From the human T2T-CHM13v2.0 reference genome, Homo sapiens, in the NCBI RefSeq assembly GCF_009914755.1, contig NC_060947.1: 64,000 nucleotides of DNA. One strand, written 5' to 3'. Below, one piece after another: positions 49,490-62,972 of the stretch. A model generated the notes under the pieces. The model saw only the letters and a list, made by a program, of their open reading frames with translations, was not told the origin of the DNA and searched no databases. Numbering within the stretch: the first letter of the stretch is position 1; the number at the start of each line of letters is the position of its first letter. The position numbers were made by a program, and so were the translations under genes.

Positions 49490-51139
49490 TATTAAAAAGT
49501 TGGGTAGCTATTTCTGGATATATAATGTTACGTATGATTCTTATTGTCTCTTTATATATTCTGTATCTTTAGAATTCTCACAATTAACTTGAAAAGTGTT
49601 TGCTATAAATAAAAATATTCTTGATAAAATAAAAAAGAGAGGACTCTATAGAAGGAGTTTATCTTAAAATGAGACAAAGGGTCAGATAAAAAGAAACCCG
49701 ATTAGAAAGAAAGAAAGTAGAGGGAAAAGGTAAGCTAATGGCTAAGATCTACAAATCTTTATGCAACCAAATAAAAGAAAGTAACATATAGAGAAAAAAG
49801 AGAAAGCTTACTGTAAGAATAAATTCTTAATTTACACACAGTGAGGACTAATGAAGTACCAGGTCTTAAATATTGTAGTTCATCTTCTAGGGTGAGGATA
49901 AGAGCAGGAAGTAATTTTCCAAACTTAGGGAAGCAGCAGGTACCAGGATCCAGAATGAGGTAGGATTGATCACCATGGACTCAACTGAGGTATTATTATT
50001 TTTTCATGTACTAAACTATGCATGACCAAGTCTACCTGTAGGCCTCATGGTTTTAGACAAGTGAAGTTACCTCTTTTAGTTTGTTTTCTCATTCTGTAAT
50101 TGCCCTCAAACACAGGAACTGTCTTATTGTCTCTAAGACTTCTGTGGACAGACTACCCAGCACAGAGTAGTTACATTATAAATGTATGTTGCAAACATGA
50201 ACTACAAAATGAAGACATTAAACTAAATGTTTTCTAGATTAACTGTCAGTTCCAAATTTATGTTATTCAATAAAATATTTGTTGAGAAATTACTATGTGT
50301 AATAACCTGAGTTGTGCACAATAAAAGTACAAGTATGACCATTAAAATTTTCGAAGAGAAACAAGATATCTTCGTGGTTCTCTAGCATTTACTGATAGGC
50401 ATCAATTTGTCTTTCATAAAATCATGTCTAGAAAGAGCATCTTAGAAATGGCTACAGCCAAATGAGTCTCTTTGGATGAACAAAGCATCTACCCTTCCTC
50501 CTATCTCCTCCTCTACTTGGAGAATCTAGGCTGGATCACTTAGAGAAAAACTTACAATCACTCAAATTTTCTTACCTTGGAGTGTGAAACAAAACCTAAG
50601 GTATTTACTAAGCAAAAGTTACCTCAGTCCTAAACTGCTTATCTCCAAGTCTAATGGCCCAAATTGCTACTCTTAGAAACAAAACAGAAAGGAAAGAAAT
50701 GAAAAGAGTTTTTATAGTAACCATGTGTGTCACTAAAAAATTTTACCTTATATTTTTGTAATGTCCCTACATTCTGTGGGTAGAAGAGGAAAGAGGCTAT
50801 GTCTACCCTCTCCTCTGCCCTCCAGATCAGGGCACTTCTCTACCTTGTAATCACATAATGCCTACAGTGGCTTGTTATTTTCTCTTTGGAAGTGTTTCTC
50901 CACTCTTAAAAATGAATGCTTCCTTTTGCCAAATATTAAAAAAATGCATAAACTTTCTATCCATTGTATATTAAAACGAGTGTATTTTAAATTCTTCAAC
51001 TATAAAAATACTGATATCACTTCTTCAAAATAGGCAGGCTTTCTCCCACATCTCCTCTCCCCCAAATTATTGGTAATGAGGGATAAGAATGGGCAAAAGA
51101 ACAACAGATCCTCCTATGATCAAATTATTGTCAAACTAG

Positions 51140-51440
51140 TCAGTAACTAAGTGACAAAACCATTGTATGAGACACATAGTAAGTGTTGTAGGAGTTTAAA
51201 GGAGAGACTTTACCTTGACTGGCCATGAAAGGATTCAGAAACAGGAAGGGATAAGAGTTGAGATTTGAAAGGTGGATAGAATATCAACAAGTAGAAGACA
51301 GGGGCATTAATGAAGTTGCAGATGGAAAGAAGCCCAAAATTTATGTGGAGAACAACAAGCAGACCAATTTGATTGAGTAAAAATTTCACCTAAGAACACA
51401 GTGGGAGATAAGGTTCACCAAGAAGTAGGAGTCATAAGCC
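51140..51440 (-). mobile_element. L2 fragment
   Basis: aagtgttgtaggagtttaaagg; gagttgagatttgaaaggtggatagaat. Confidence 0.6.
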
Positions 51441-51918
51441 AGAGCAATTGTGTTCAATCTCATTGTTTGTTTTGGCCCAAAATTCCTGAGTGATATGATA
51501 GACATCCATCAATAACATAAACCTACAATAGTAATTCTGACTTGGGAGTATGTGTGGGGAGTGAAGAGGTGTCTAGGATCCTAGGAAACATAAAGTAAAT
51601 TATTGCGAACAAGCTATATTCTTTGTAAAATAAAAAAGACATCTCCTCATAATAAAGCATGCTCTCCCTTCCACACACAGTATTATTGTTCTAGTCTAGA
51701 GTGTCTTGAATACTTGTTTTAAGAGTTTATATGCGATCCTTGAAACTGGAATTCAGAGGCTATTCATTCATTAACTCACTCAATAAATGTTTATGGAGAA
51801 ACTGCTATGTGACAGACAAATAGGGATATAAAAGTAAAAGATTGTTCTCTGATCTCACAGACTTTATGGTATAGTGAGAGACATAGGAATTAATTTATTA
51901 ACTCAACAAATAAGTATT

Positions 51919-51997
51919 TTAGGATTAATCATATGAAACTGCCAATACTTGATAGTTCTGATCTACGTAAACAACAGTGTCATATGGGTCAACCTAA
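51919..51997. mobile_element. MADE2-like mariner MITE within L2 3' fragments (about 51760-52220)
   Basis: ~80-bp imperfect palindrome ttaggattaatcatatga...tcatatgggtcaacctaa. Confidence 0.8.
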
Positions 51998-52430
51998 TGT
52001 AGTAACAGAATGTGAAGGAACGACATAACAACATGTGAAGGAAAAGTAGAGGGAACAATTAGAGCTTATAATAAGGGAACTTCATCGATTTCAAAGCGTC
52101 AGACAAGTTTTCCTTGAGAAAATGATGATTAAACTGAGATCTGAATGACTAGTGGCCCTTAACTACTTGAAGTGCAGAAGGGTATGAGTGTTTAGACCAA
52201 GTGAAGAACACAGCATAGTAGCACTCATGGAGTTCCTTCGCTTTTTTCCTTTTCTTTTAGAAGAATCTAATAAATCAAAAGTCTTCTTGGTAGAGTAATA
52301 AAAAAAGCTAGGCTAATAGGTTGATGGACTTAAACACCCTGAGAATAAAGGTCAAACAGCAAAGGATAGTTAGCAATGGCTAACTAGATGGCTAAGCTAG
52401 AGCAGAATCAACATTGAGAACAATGAGGAC

Positions 52431-52988
52431 TGTATGAGTCAGGGTTCTCTAGAGGGAAAAACTAATAGGATAGATGTATATATAAAGGGGAATTTATTAA
52501 GGCATATTGACTCACACAATCACAAAGTGAAGTCCCACAATAGGCTGTCTATAAGCTGAGGAGCAAGGAAGCCAGTCTGAGTCCCAAAACCTCAAAAATA
52601 GGTAAGTCGACAGTGCAGCCTACGGTTGGTGGCTGAAGGTTCCACAGCCCCTGGCAAACCACTGGTGTAAGTCTAAGAGCCCAAAAGCTGAAGAAGTTAG
52701 AGTCCAATGTTGGAGGGCAGGAAAGCATTCTGCATGAGGGAAAGATGAAGGCTGGAAGACATAGCCTATCTAGTCCTTCCACCCTTCTATGTTCCTCTGC
52801 TTGATTATATCCCAGCCATGCTGGCAGCTGATTAGATGGTGCCCACCTGGATTGAGGGTGGGTCTGCCTCTCCCAGTCCACTGACTCAAATGTTAAGCTC
52901 CTTTGGCAACACTCTCACAGACACACCCAGGAACAATACTTTGCATCCTTCAATCCAATCAAGTTGACACTCAATGTTAACCATCACA
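52431..52988 (-). mobile_element. MLT2A2-like (HERV-L) solo LTR
   Basis: tgtatgagtcagggttctctagaggg...aaccatcaca, 558 bp, with perfect TSD aggac. Confidence 0.95.
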
Positions 52989-53645
52989 AGGACCTAGTTG
53001 CAAAGCAAGATATATTTCCTGCATACAGTTACAAGTAGTAAGTATTGTTGAAATCATCTGGTCTCTGGAATTAGGTCATTCCAATGGCTCTGAAAGTGGG
53101 AGTTTCTTTCTTTTCTGTGACAAGTCTATAAAAAAAATCTGATTAAACTTCAGCTAATCCCACATACAGTGTGATGGTCACATGAGAAGAATTGGAAGCT
53201 CATTGGTTTATTGGTGTCACTTTGTTGTAGCTTATATTAGATTCATTTGTCATCCTGACAGGTTGTTTTCTATTGAATATCCACCACTAAAGAAAGGAGG
53301 CAACATTTAATTGTCAATCATTTGCAAATATTTGCTCGAGAAAGTATGCAGGAGCTTCAATTGTTTGGAAAGAAGCTATTATTTGGTGTGACTCACTTTT
53401 TTATTTCTTTCTAAAGCTGTTGAATTTATTTTTCTCTGGTAGAGAGGGCCACTTCACTTAGTACAAAACAGAATTTAGCATTATATAGGATTAACTTAGG
53501 TGACGTTGAAAATATTCAGAAGTTGACATACCGAAAAGCCTTTCTACAAAGCATTCTGCATTACAGTATAATTCTATAATGGAGCTACATGAGGTTCTAG
53601 TGCCAATGGTTATTCACACAGATAGATCAGTCAAGAGACAATTTC

Positions 53646-56600
53646 TTTTTTTTTTTTAACTTTTATTTTAGTTTCAAGGTTACATGTGCAGGTTTGTTAT
53701 CTAGGTAAATTGCATTTCATGGGAGTTTGGTGAACAGATTATTCTGTCACCCAGGTAATAAGCATAGTACCCAATCGATCCATTCCCTCCCATCCCCCAT
53801 CCTCAAGCACACACCAGTATCTGTTATTCCCTTCTTTATGTCCATGTGTACTCAATGTTTAGCTTCCATTTATAAGTGAGAATATTTGGTATTTGGTTTT
53901 CTGTTCCTACATTAGTTTGCTTAGGATAATGGCCTAAAGCTTCACCCATGTTGCTGCAAAGGACATGATCTCATTCTTTTTTATGGCTGTGTAGTAATTA
54001 CTGTTGTATATATACCACATTTTCTTTATTCAATCTACCACTGATGGGCATTTATGTTGATTCTATGTCTTTGCTATTGTGAATAGTGCTGCAATAAATA
54101 TATGTGTGCATGTGTCTTTAATTTAGAATAATTTATATTTCTTTGTGTATATACCAAATGGAGGGATTGCTGGGTCAAATGGTAATTCTGTTTTAAGTTC
54201 TTTGAGAAATTGCCGTGTTGCTTCCCACAATGGCTGAACTGATTTACATTCCCATCAGCAGTATATAAGCATTCCCATTAGCAGTGTATATGCGTCTGCA
54301 ACCTTGCCAGCATCTGTTATTTTTTGACTTTTTAATAGTTGCCATTCTGACTGATGCGAGACGGTATTTCACTGTGGTTTTGATTTGCATTTCTCTGATG
54401 ATTAATGATGATGAGCACTTTTTCTTATGCTTGTTGGCCACGTGTATGTCTTCTTTTGAAAAGTATCTATTCATTTCTTTTGCACATTTTTAAATGGGCT
54501 TGTTTGGTTTTTTGCTTGTTGCTTTTTTAAAGTTCCTTATAGATACTGGATATTAGGCCTTTGTCAGATGCGTAGTTTGCAAATATTTTCTCCCATTAGG
54601 TAGGTTTTTGTTTAATCTGTTCATGATTTCTTTTGCTGTGTAAAAGTTCTTTAATTAGGTCCCATTAGTCAATATTTGCTTTTATTACAGTTGCCCTTGG
54701 AGTCTTCATCATGACATCTTTGCCAGGGCCTAAGTCCAGAATGATACTTCCTAGGTTTTCTTCTAGAGTATTTATAGTTTTAGTTCTTACATTTATTAAT
54801 CCATCATGAGTTTATTTTTGTATATGATGTAAGAAAGGGGTTCAATTTCAATCTTCTGAATGTGGCTAGCCGGTTATCCCAGCACCATTTATTGAATAGG
54901 AAATTCTTTACCCATTGCTTGTTTATGTCAACTCTGTTGAAGATCAGATGGGTATAGGAGTACAGATTTATTTCTGGGTTCTCTTTCCTGTTCCATTGGT
55001 CTATGTGTCTGTTTTTGTACCAGTACCATGCTGTTTTGGTTAATGTGGCCTTGTAGTATAGTTTGAAGTCAGGTAATGTGATGCCTCCAGCTTTATTATT
55101 TTTGCTTAGGATTTCTATGTCTGTCCAGGCTGATTTTTGGTTCTGTATTAATTTTATGATACTTTTCACTAATTCTGTGAAAAATGTCATTGGTGATTTC
55201 ATTGAAATGGCATTGAACCTGTTGATTATTTTGGGCAGTACAGACATTTTAGCAGTATTGATTCTTCCTATCCATGAGCATGGAATGTTTTTCCATTTGT
55301 GTCATCTCTGATTTCTTTCAGCTGTGTTTTATAATTCTCATTCTAGAGATATTTCACCTCTCTCGTTAGCTGTACTTCTAGGTATTTCATTTTATCTGGC
55401 TAAGGTGAACAAGATTGCATTCTTGATTTGGCTTTCAGCTTGAATGTTCTTGATATATAGAAGTGGCACTGATTGTTATACACTGATTTTGTATCCTGAA
55501 ACTTTACTGAAGTTTTTGTTTTTTTAAATCGTATCTGTGAGCTTTGGGGCAAAGACCATGATGTTTTCTAGGTATAGAATCATATTTTCTGCAAACAGAG
55601 ATAGTTTGACTTTCTCCCTTCCTATTTGGATGTCTTTTCTTTCTTTCTCTTCCCTGATTGCCCTGGGTAGAACTTCCAGTACTCTATTGAATAACAGTCA
55701 TGAGAGCAGACATCTTGGTTTTGTTCTGGTTCACAAGATGAATGCTTTCATCTTTTGACCATTCATTATGACATTGGCTGTGGGTTTGTCCTAGATGGCT
55801 TTCATTATTTTGAAATAAGTTTCTTCAGTGCCTAATTTGTTGAGGGTTTTCAACATGGATGGATGTTGGATTTTACCAAAAAGCCTTTTCTGCATCTATT
55901 GAGATGATCATGTTCTTTTTTTTCAGTTCTGTTTATGTGATGAATAACTTATTCATTTGTATATGTTGAACCAACCTTGTATCCCAGGGATAAAGCCTAT
56001 TTATTCATGATAGGTTAGCTTTTTAGTGTGCTTCTGGCTCTGGATTTACTTTGCTAGTATTTTGTTGAGGATTTTTGCATCTATGTTTATCAAGGATATT
56101 TGCCTGAAGTGTGTGTGAGAATTGTTTTATGGCCGATTGTGTGGTTGATTGTAGAGTTTGTGCTAGATGCAGATGAGAAGAATGTATATTCTTTTGTTTT
56201 TGGGTGGAGAATTCTGTAGATCTCTGTTAGGTCCATTTGGTCCAATGTCAAGTTCAGGTCACAAATATCTTTGTTAGCTTTTTGCCTCAATGATTTGTCT
56301 ATTGTTATCAGTGGGGTGTTGAATTCTCCCACTGTTCTTGTGTGGCTAAGTGTTTCATAAGTCTCTCTAAGAATTTGTATTTTGAATTTGGGTACTATTG
56401 TGTTGGGTGCATATATATTTAAAATAGTTAAATCTTCTTGTTGAATTGAACTTTTACCATTACGTAATGACATTCTTTCTCTTTTTAAATCATTGTTGGT
56501 TTAAAGTATGTTTTGTCTGAAGTTAGAATATCAAACCCTGTTTTTTTTGTTTATTTCTTTTCCATTTGCTTGTTAGGTATTTCTCCATCCCTTTACTTTG

Positions 56601-59211
56601 AACTTTTGGGTGTCATTGCATGTGAGATGGTTCTCTTGAAGACAGCATAGCTTTGGTTCTTGTTTCTTTATACATCTTGCCACTCTGTGCCTTTTAAGTG
56701 TGGCATTTACCCCATTTACATTCTAGGTTAATATTGATATGTGCAGATTTGTTCCTGTCATCGTTGACTGTTGACTGTTTATTATGTAGGCTTAATTATG
56801 TAGTTGCTTTATAGTGTCAATGGTCTTTGTACTTAAGTGTGGTTTTGTGGTGGCCAGTAATAATCTTTCCTTTCCATAGTCAGTACTTTTTTAAGGACTT
56901 CTTGTAAGGTAGGACTGGTGGTGACAAATTCCCTTAGCATTTGCTTGTCTGAAAAGGATCTTACTTCTCCTTCACTTTTGAAGCTTAGTTTGGCTAGATA
57001 TGACATTCTTGATTGGAATTTCTTTTCCTTAAGAATACTGACTATATGCCCCAAACCTCTTCTGGCTTGTAGGGTTTCTTCTGAAAGGTCAGCTGTTAGA
57101 ACTGATGAGTTCCCCTTTGCAGGTGACCTACTCCTTCTCTCTAGCTGTCTTTCATATTTTTTCCCTTCTTGTTGACCTTTGAGAATGTGATGATTATATG
57201 TATTGGAGATGGTCATCTTATACAGTATTTCACAGTGGTTATTTGCATTTTCTGAGTTTGAATGTTAGCCTTCTAGCAAGGTTGAAAAAAAATTGTTGGC
57301 AATATTCTCAAATATGTTTTCTTTGTTGCTTGCTTTCTCTCCCTCTCCTTCAGGGATGCCAATGAGCTACAGATACATAATCCCATATGTCTCAGAGGTT
57401 TTGTTTATTTTTTGTACTTTTTTATTTAGTTTTGTTTGAGTTATTTAAATTATCTGTCTTCAAGCCATGAGATTCTTTCCTCAGCTTGGTCTGTTCTGCT
57501 GATTAACACTTGCAATTGTAGTATAAAAATTTTGTAGTGAATTTTTGAGCTCCATCAGTTCAGTTTGGTTCTTTTTTAAATGGCCATGTCGTCTTTCATC
57601 TTTTGTATCATTTTATTGGATTCCTTAGATTCCTTGGATTGGGTTTCAACCTTCTCCTGAATCTTGACAATCTTCATTCCTATCCAGATTCTAAAGCCTA
57701 TGTCTGTCATTTCAAACATTTCAACTTGGTTAAGAACATATGCTAGGAAACTAGTGCAATCATTCGGAGGTAAGAAAGCTCCCTGGCTTTTTGGGTTGCC
57801 AGTGTCCTTGTACTGTTTTTTTTTTTTTTTCCCCCTCTTTGTGTGGGTTGATGGTACTTTAGCATTCAAAGTGGCTGTCCTTTGGATTTTTTTTTCTTTT
57901 ATTTTGCTTTTACATTCTTTGATACTTTTGAGGGTTTGTTTGGGGTAAAAGGTGAGTTCAGTTTGTTGACTTCACTACTGAAAGATTTCAGGGGACCAAG
58001 GCTTAGTTCATCATTCTTGGACTGCGGGATATAACCTTTGGGGAAGGGCTGGTACTTGACCCTTGGCATTGTTTTCTGGTCTTTTGAGGTTAGAAACCTG
58101 CTGCACTAGGGTGTCTGAGATGTTCCCAGTCAGTCCCCTGGCAATAGCACTCCAATGAAGTGTGCCAGCCATGGTGCTTAGTCAGGGCAGTGGAAGCAGG
58201 ATCCTTGCCTGTGTGTGCATGCCATCAGGAGCCACTGTGCAGCAGGGTTCTTGTGCATTGGCAGGGGTGGGGCACAGTAGAAGCAGGGTACTGGTGTCTG
58301 TGCATGCACTTGTGTTAGCAGTGGCAGAACAGATGGGTGACCACACATCGGTAGGGCCAGGGTACCAGCTTGCAAGGGCTGGGTGGTGGTTTCTGAGCAC
58401 ACTCGTTTGCACCAACAGGGAAAAGGAGATGAGGTCTGCCAGAGTATGTGTACCGGCAAAGTTGTGGGGGGTGTCCGTGGGCAAGTGCATGCCAGCCAAG
58501 TGGCAGGAGGAGCCTGTGGTTGGGGGAGGCTCTAAGTAGGTGGTTGTACCTTAGCAGGTTCCAGTCTGCTGGAGCTCTCTGGTAGTCAGGCACAATCTGC
58601 CTGTGAAAGTACTATGATGCTTCCTTGGGAAGCACCCTGGTTGGGCATCTGTGTCTAAGCCAGCAGATTGGGGGTGCTCAGAAAAACTGGCACCTTCCCA
58701 CAAGCAAGACTGCCATCTTCTGTCCAGATGTGGCAGTCACCAAATGCCAAGGCCACTTAGAGGAGCATGGTGAGTCTTAGGAGATGGGTATCCAGGGCTA
58801 TGCTTCACTGCAGTTGTTCCCACTCCAAACCTGCTGGGCTCCTCACAGGCTGGAGTCCTGTCCCTGCCTCCTTTCCATACAGCTCTCCCTTCCAGATCTA
58901 GTGCTCATGAAGGTCATGGGGGTGTCCTGAAGCTGGGATTTCAGAGGTCTATGGCAACAGCATGCCACTCCTCGCCTGTTTAACTCACCCCTCTCCAAGG
59001 AGGCCAGGAATGAGTCCCAGTGCTCAGAAGCCCTGTGCAGTGTTCCCAGTTTCTTTCCCACTCAGCCTAGGTTCTGCATCCTCTCTCCATCCACTCTCCG
59101 TGCCTTCTCTCTGAAGATCTGTTCATAGTGTTCTAGTCTTCCTGATAGCCTGGTTTCTCATTGGGAGATGTTTGTCCAGGCTGCATCTAGTTGGCCATCT
59201 TGGCTCTTCTC
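53646..59211 (-). mobile_element. LINE-1, L1PA15/16-like, with 5'UTR and a ~0.9-kb ORF2 deletion
   Basis: Poly-T tail; minus-strand ORF2 ([28 protein letters not shown]) and ORF1 (LTADLSEETLQARR) peptides; 5' end caagatggccaactagatgcagc on the minus strand. Confidence 0.93.
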
Positions 59212-59289
59212 TTCCAAATCTGTAATTTTGAATAGGTGATATGAAATTTGGTGAATGAGTTGAAGTTACAGAGTAGGGAAAATGGCACG

Positions 59290-59450
59290 ACTGTGACTTG
59301 TTTTAGTAGCTGTAGAGATAAAAAATTAACCTCTCTGAATATCTCTTTTCTGATCATAAAAAATCTCAGCAGATGATAATTATACCTACCTCGTAAAGCA
59401 TTGTTGTGATTATTAAACACAATGATGCATTAAAAAGGCTCAATAAATTC
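59290..59450 (+). mobile_element. MIR fragment
   Basis: ttaacctctctgaa...tacctacctcgtaaagcattgttgtgattattaaa. Confidence 0.65.
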
Positions 59451-59544
59451 TGAGACAAGACTTTCCTCTTATTTGCACAAGATGTCCTCCTACTTACTCA
59501 ACTGAGCTAAATACCTGAATGGTCTTCATCTGAAATTATGGTTA

Positions 59545-59790
59545 ATAATAATGACCACCATTGAGCAAAACAGCTGATATATTCCTAGTTCTGTGATAGT
59601 CACTTGATATACACCATTTCTAATCCACATAGAAACCTGTTAGTTAGGTATTACTCTCTCCCTTTTATAGATGAAGGAAATGAAGCTCAGAGAAGTTAGC
59701 TTGCTCAGCATCACACAGCTGACCATATACATGGATTCAAATCTAGATATGTCTGCCTCTAAGCCAGTACATCTTTTCTCTGTAACACTA
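59545..59790 (-). mobile_element. MIR
   Basis: ttttatagatgaaggaaatgaagctcagagaagttagcttgctcagcatcacacagct. Confidence 0.85.
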
Positions 59791-60630
59791 TTTCATTAAA
59801 CAACTTTAGCATTTAGGGAAAGGGCATTAAGAGGGCAGTGGGTGGTCTATTCTTCTTCTGTAGATACATTGTTTGCCAGCTCAACAAAGGTTAAAGATTT
59901 CCTTTCTGATATTGTTGCCTGGGTGAGCAAAAATTAATCTTCAATATTGTGTTCAAATAATTACTTCCATTCCAAATATTTTTTACTTCAGCTTAGTAAG
60001 TAGTTGGCCTTATACCTAGAGTAGTGTGTAGATCTATTTTTGTATCATTTATTAAATAACTGGGAAGGTGTCTCTACCGCCAATTTTTCTGTTTACTCAC
60101 AATTAACTGACACATTTTTAAAGGGACTGCACTGATAGACAATTCACATGGGGCTGAAACTGAGGAGGTTTTGACAAGCTGTCAATGAGGAGATTGGCAA
60201 AGAAAGCAAAGGAGAAGACCTTATAAGTGGTAATGAGATGAGAGAAAAGAAAAACAAAAAAAAATAGGCTGTGATGTTGATAATAAACCTTTACACATGC
60301 TATTTTGTCTGCCTGGGATATCTTTTCACCTTTCATTACTAACTAAGCAATCCATACATTGTGTAAATAATTTAAATGGTAGATAGGAGAATAAGAAAAG
60401 AAGTAAAGTTTTTGTCTTTTGTACCCACCCTCTTTCAACCCTGGCCCATCCAAGGTCTTTCCTTAGACATTTGTATATCTTTTCAAATATATTCTACAGG
60501 CAGAGAAGCCTATCTATCAATCTATTATGCTTATGAAAATGCCATCATACTACATGTCCTCTTTTGCATTTTTTTAAATCTCTCATGTATTTTGAAAACC
60601 TTTCTATGACAATACATATAGACTCACCTC

Positions 60631-60926
60631 TTTTTTTTTTTCTTTTTGAGAGAGTCTTGCTCTGTTGCCCAGGCTGGAGTGCAGTAGTATGATCTTGGGT
60701 CACTGCAACCTCCACCTTCTGGGTTCAAGAGATTCTGCTGCCTCAGCCTCCCTGAGTAGTTGGGATTACAGGCAACTACTACCACGCCCAGATAATTTTT
60801 GTATTTTAGCAGAGATGGGGTTTCACTATGTTGGCTAGGCTGGTCTCAAACTCCTGACCTTAAATGATCCCCCTGCCTCAGCCTTCCAAAGTGCTGTGAT
60901 TACAGGCGTGAACTACCACACCCAGC
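60631..60926 (-). mobile_element. AluS (Sx/Sz-like)
   Basis: Full Alu; TSD gactcacctc at 60621-60630 and 60927-60936. Confidence 0.95.
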
Positions 60927-61260
60927 GACTCACCTCATTGTTATGGTTGTATAACATGGATGTATCATAGTGAATTCATTTATTCAAATACTTATTTATG
61001 GCTGTTTAGATTGGTTCTATTCCTTTTCTATTAAAGCAATCACCATTCCATTCATTTTAAATTCGTGTTCTTATTTTTATCCATATACCATCATTCAACA
61101 TACAAAATCATACCCATTCCATTCTACATTTTAGCATCTCAAAAGATAGCACTTCATCAAATCAGGATATATACCCATATTCCTTTTCAGTGAATCCTGA
61201 AAAGCCCCTACCAAGTACTTTCAGGTGAATTGGTAAAGAAAAAGAAAATGGTTGAAAATA

Positions 61261-61564
61261 GGATGTGTGCAGTGGCTCACACCTGTTATCCCAGAATTTT
61301 GGGAGGCTGATGTGGGAAGATTGCTTGAGTCCGGGGCTTCATGACCAGCCTGTGCAACATGCTGAGACCTCATCTCTACAAAAGACCACCACCAACAACA
61401 AAAATATTAGCCGGGCATGGTGGCTCATGCCTATAGTCCTGCTACTCAGGAGCCTGAGGTGGGAGGATCACCTGGGCCTGGGAAGGTCAAGGCTGCAGTG
61501 ACTCATGATGACACCACTGCACTCCAGCCTGGGCAGCAGAGTGTGATACTGCATCAAAAAAAAA
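61261..61564 (+). mobile_element. AluJ
   Basis: Diverged Alu with J diagnostics (gattgcttgag, ggaggatcacctg, gtcaaggctgcagtg) and an A-tail. Confidence 0.92.
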
Positions 61565-61977
61565 GAAATGAGTGGAAACGACAAATTGGTCCAAAGGATA
61601 TACTACTTGAAAATGAATATTTCTATTTATTCACAATTTTTTCACCTATTGGTCACATTAACATTCATGTACCACGAAGAATGAGACTTTCTGAAAGTAC
61701 TGAAAAAGCAATGACCTAAAATTAGAAAAATTTCTTTAATATATATTAGGACCACTCCTAAACTGCAAAAAGTGCCTTGTTGTGTGTACAAGTATAACCA
61801 CAACCAAAAAATCGAATGAATTCAACAAAATGATTGTGCCTTTACAATCAGTTTATGTCAACCAGATGACCCTTTGGTTCACTTTTATTTATGTTTTAAT
61901 TATAAAATGTGTCCACTGTTCATATTTAAATATAGAAATGTATAAAGATAAAAAGTGAAAGTGTTTTCTCTCTGCTA

Positions 61978-62756
61978 ATCTTAATCTGTTTAATGTCGCT
62001 GTATTAGTCCATCTTCACACTGCTATAAAGAACTACTTGCGACTGGGTAATTATAAAGAAAAAGGGTTTAATTGACTCACAGTTCTGTATGGCTGGGGAG
62101 TCCTCAGGAAAATTACAATCATGGGAGAAGTCTAACGGGAAACAAGGCACGTCTTACATGGTGGTAGGATAGAGAGAGCATGCAGGGGAAACTGCCACTT
62201 TTAAACTACCACATCTTATAAAAACTCCCTCACTATCATGACAGCAGCATGGAGGAAACCACCCCCATAATGCAGTCACCTCCCACCAGGTCGGTCCCTC
62301 CCTCCACATGTGGAAATTACTATTTGAGATGAGATTTGGGTAGGGACACAGAGTCACATCATATCAGTGAATATAGCAGAATGCTTCAGGCTGGGTAATT
62401 TATAAAGGAAACAGATTTGTTTGGCTCACAATTCTGGTGCCAGGGAAGTCCAATAGGATGGCATTGGCAGCTGCTCAGTTTCTAGTGAGGGCCTTGTGCT
62501 AAATTACAACATGGTGGAGAAGTAGAAGCATGCATGCCAAAAAGACCAAACATAAGAGGCAACCTTGCTTTATAACAATCTGCTCCCTGGGGAAATAAAT
62601 CAATTCCCGCAAGAACTAACACTGTCTTCTGTGAAAGAGAATCTATCTTAACAACCTAATCAGTTCTTAAAGGCACCACCCCCTCATTAACATCATATTG
62701 GGAACCAAGCTTTAACATGAGTTTTGGTAGGAGGAAAACATATTCAAACCATAACA
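61978..62756 (-). mobile_element. Older MST (MSTC/D-like) LTR, host of the 62000-62366 element
   Basis: cttaatctgtttaatgtcgc | tatagcagaatgcttcaggctgggtaatttataaa ... caaaccataaca. Confidence 0.75.
62000..62366 (-). mobile_element. THE1D/MSTA-like solo LTR
   Basis: tgtattagtccatcttcacactgctataaagaactac ... gggacacagagtcacatcatatca. Confidence 0.9.
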
Positions 62757-62865
62757 CTGCTTGTATAAACAATCCTGCTCTCTTGAAATCACTGCTGATG
62801 AAAGTTTGGTCTATAACTTTTTAGAATGTTCTTCTAGGCTTATAGAAATAACCTGTCATGAGTCA

Positions 62866-62972
62866 TGTGATATAGTTTAGGTATGTTCACATGCTGAAAT
62901 GTAATCCACAGTGTTGGAAGCAGGGCCTGGTGGGACGTATTTGGGTCATGGTGGCAGATCTATTATGAATAA
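62866..62972 (+). mobile_element. Truncated MST LTR 5' fragment
   Basis: tgatatagtttagg...tgaaatgtaatccacagtgttggaagcagggcctggtggga. Confidence 0.75.

Noticed and set aside
58162-58593. Overlapping ORFs on both strands in a GC-richer patch
   Set aside because: This is the L1 5'UTR and is CpG-depleted, so neither a CpG island nor a gene
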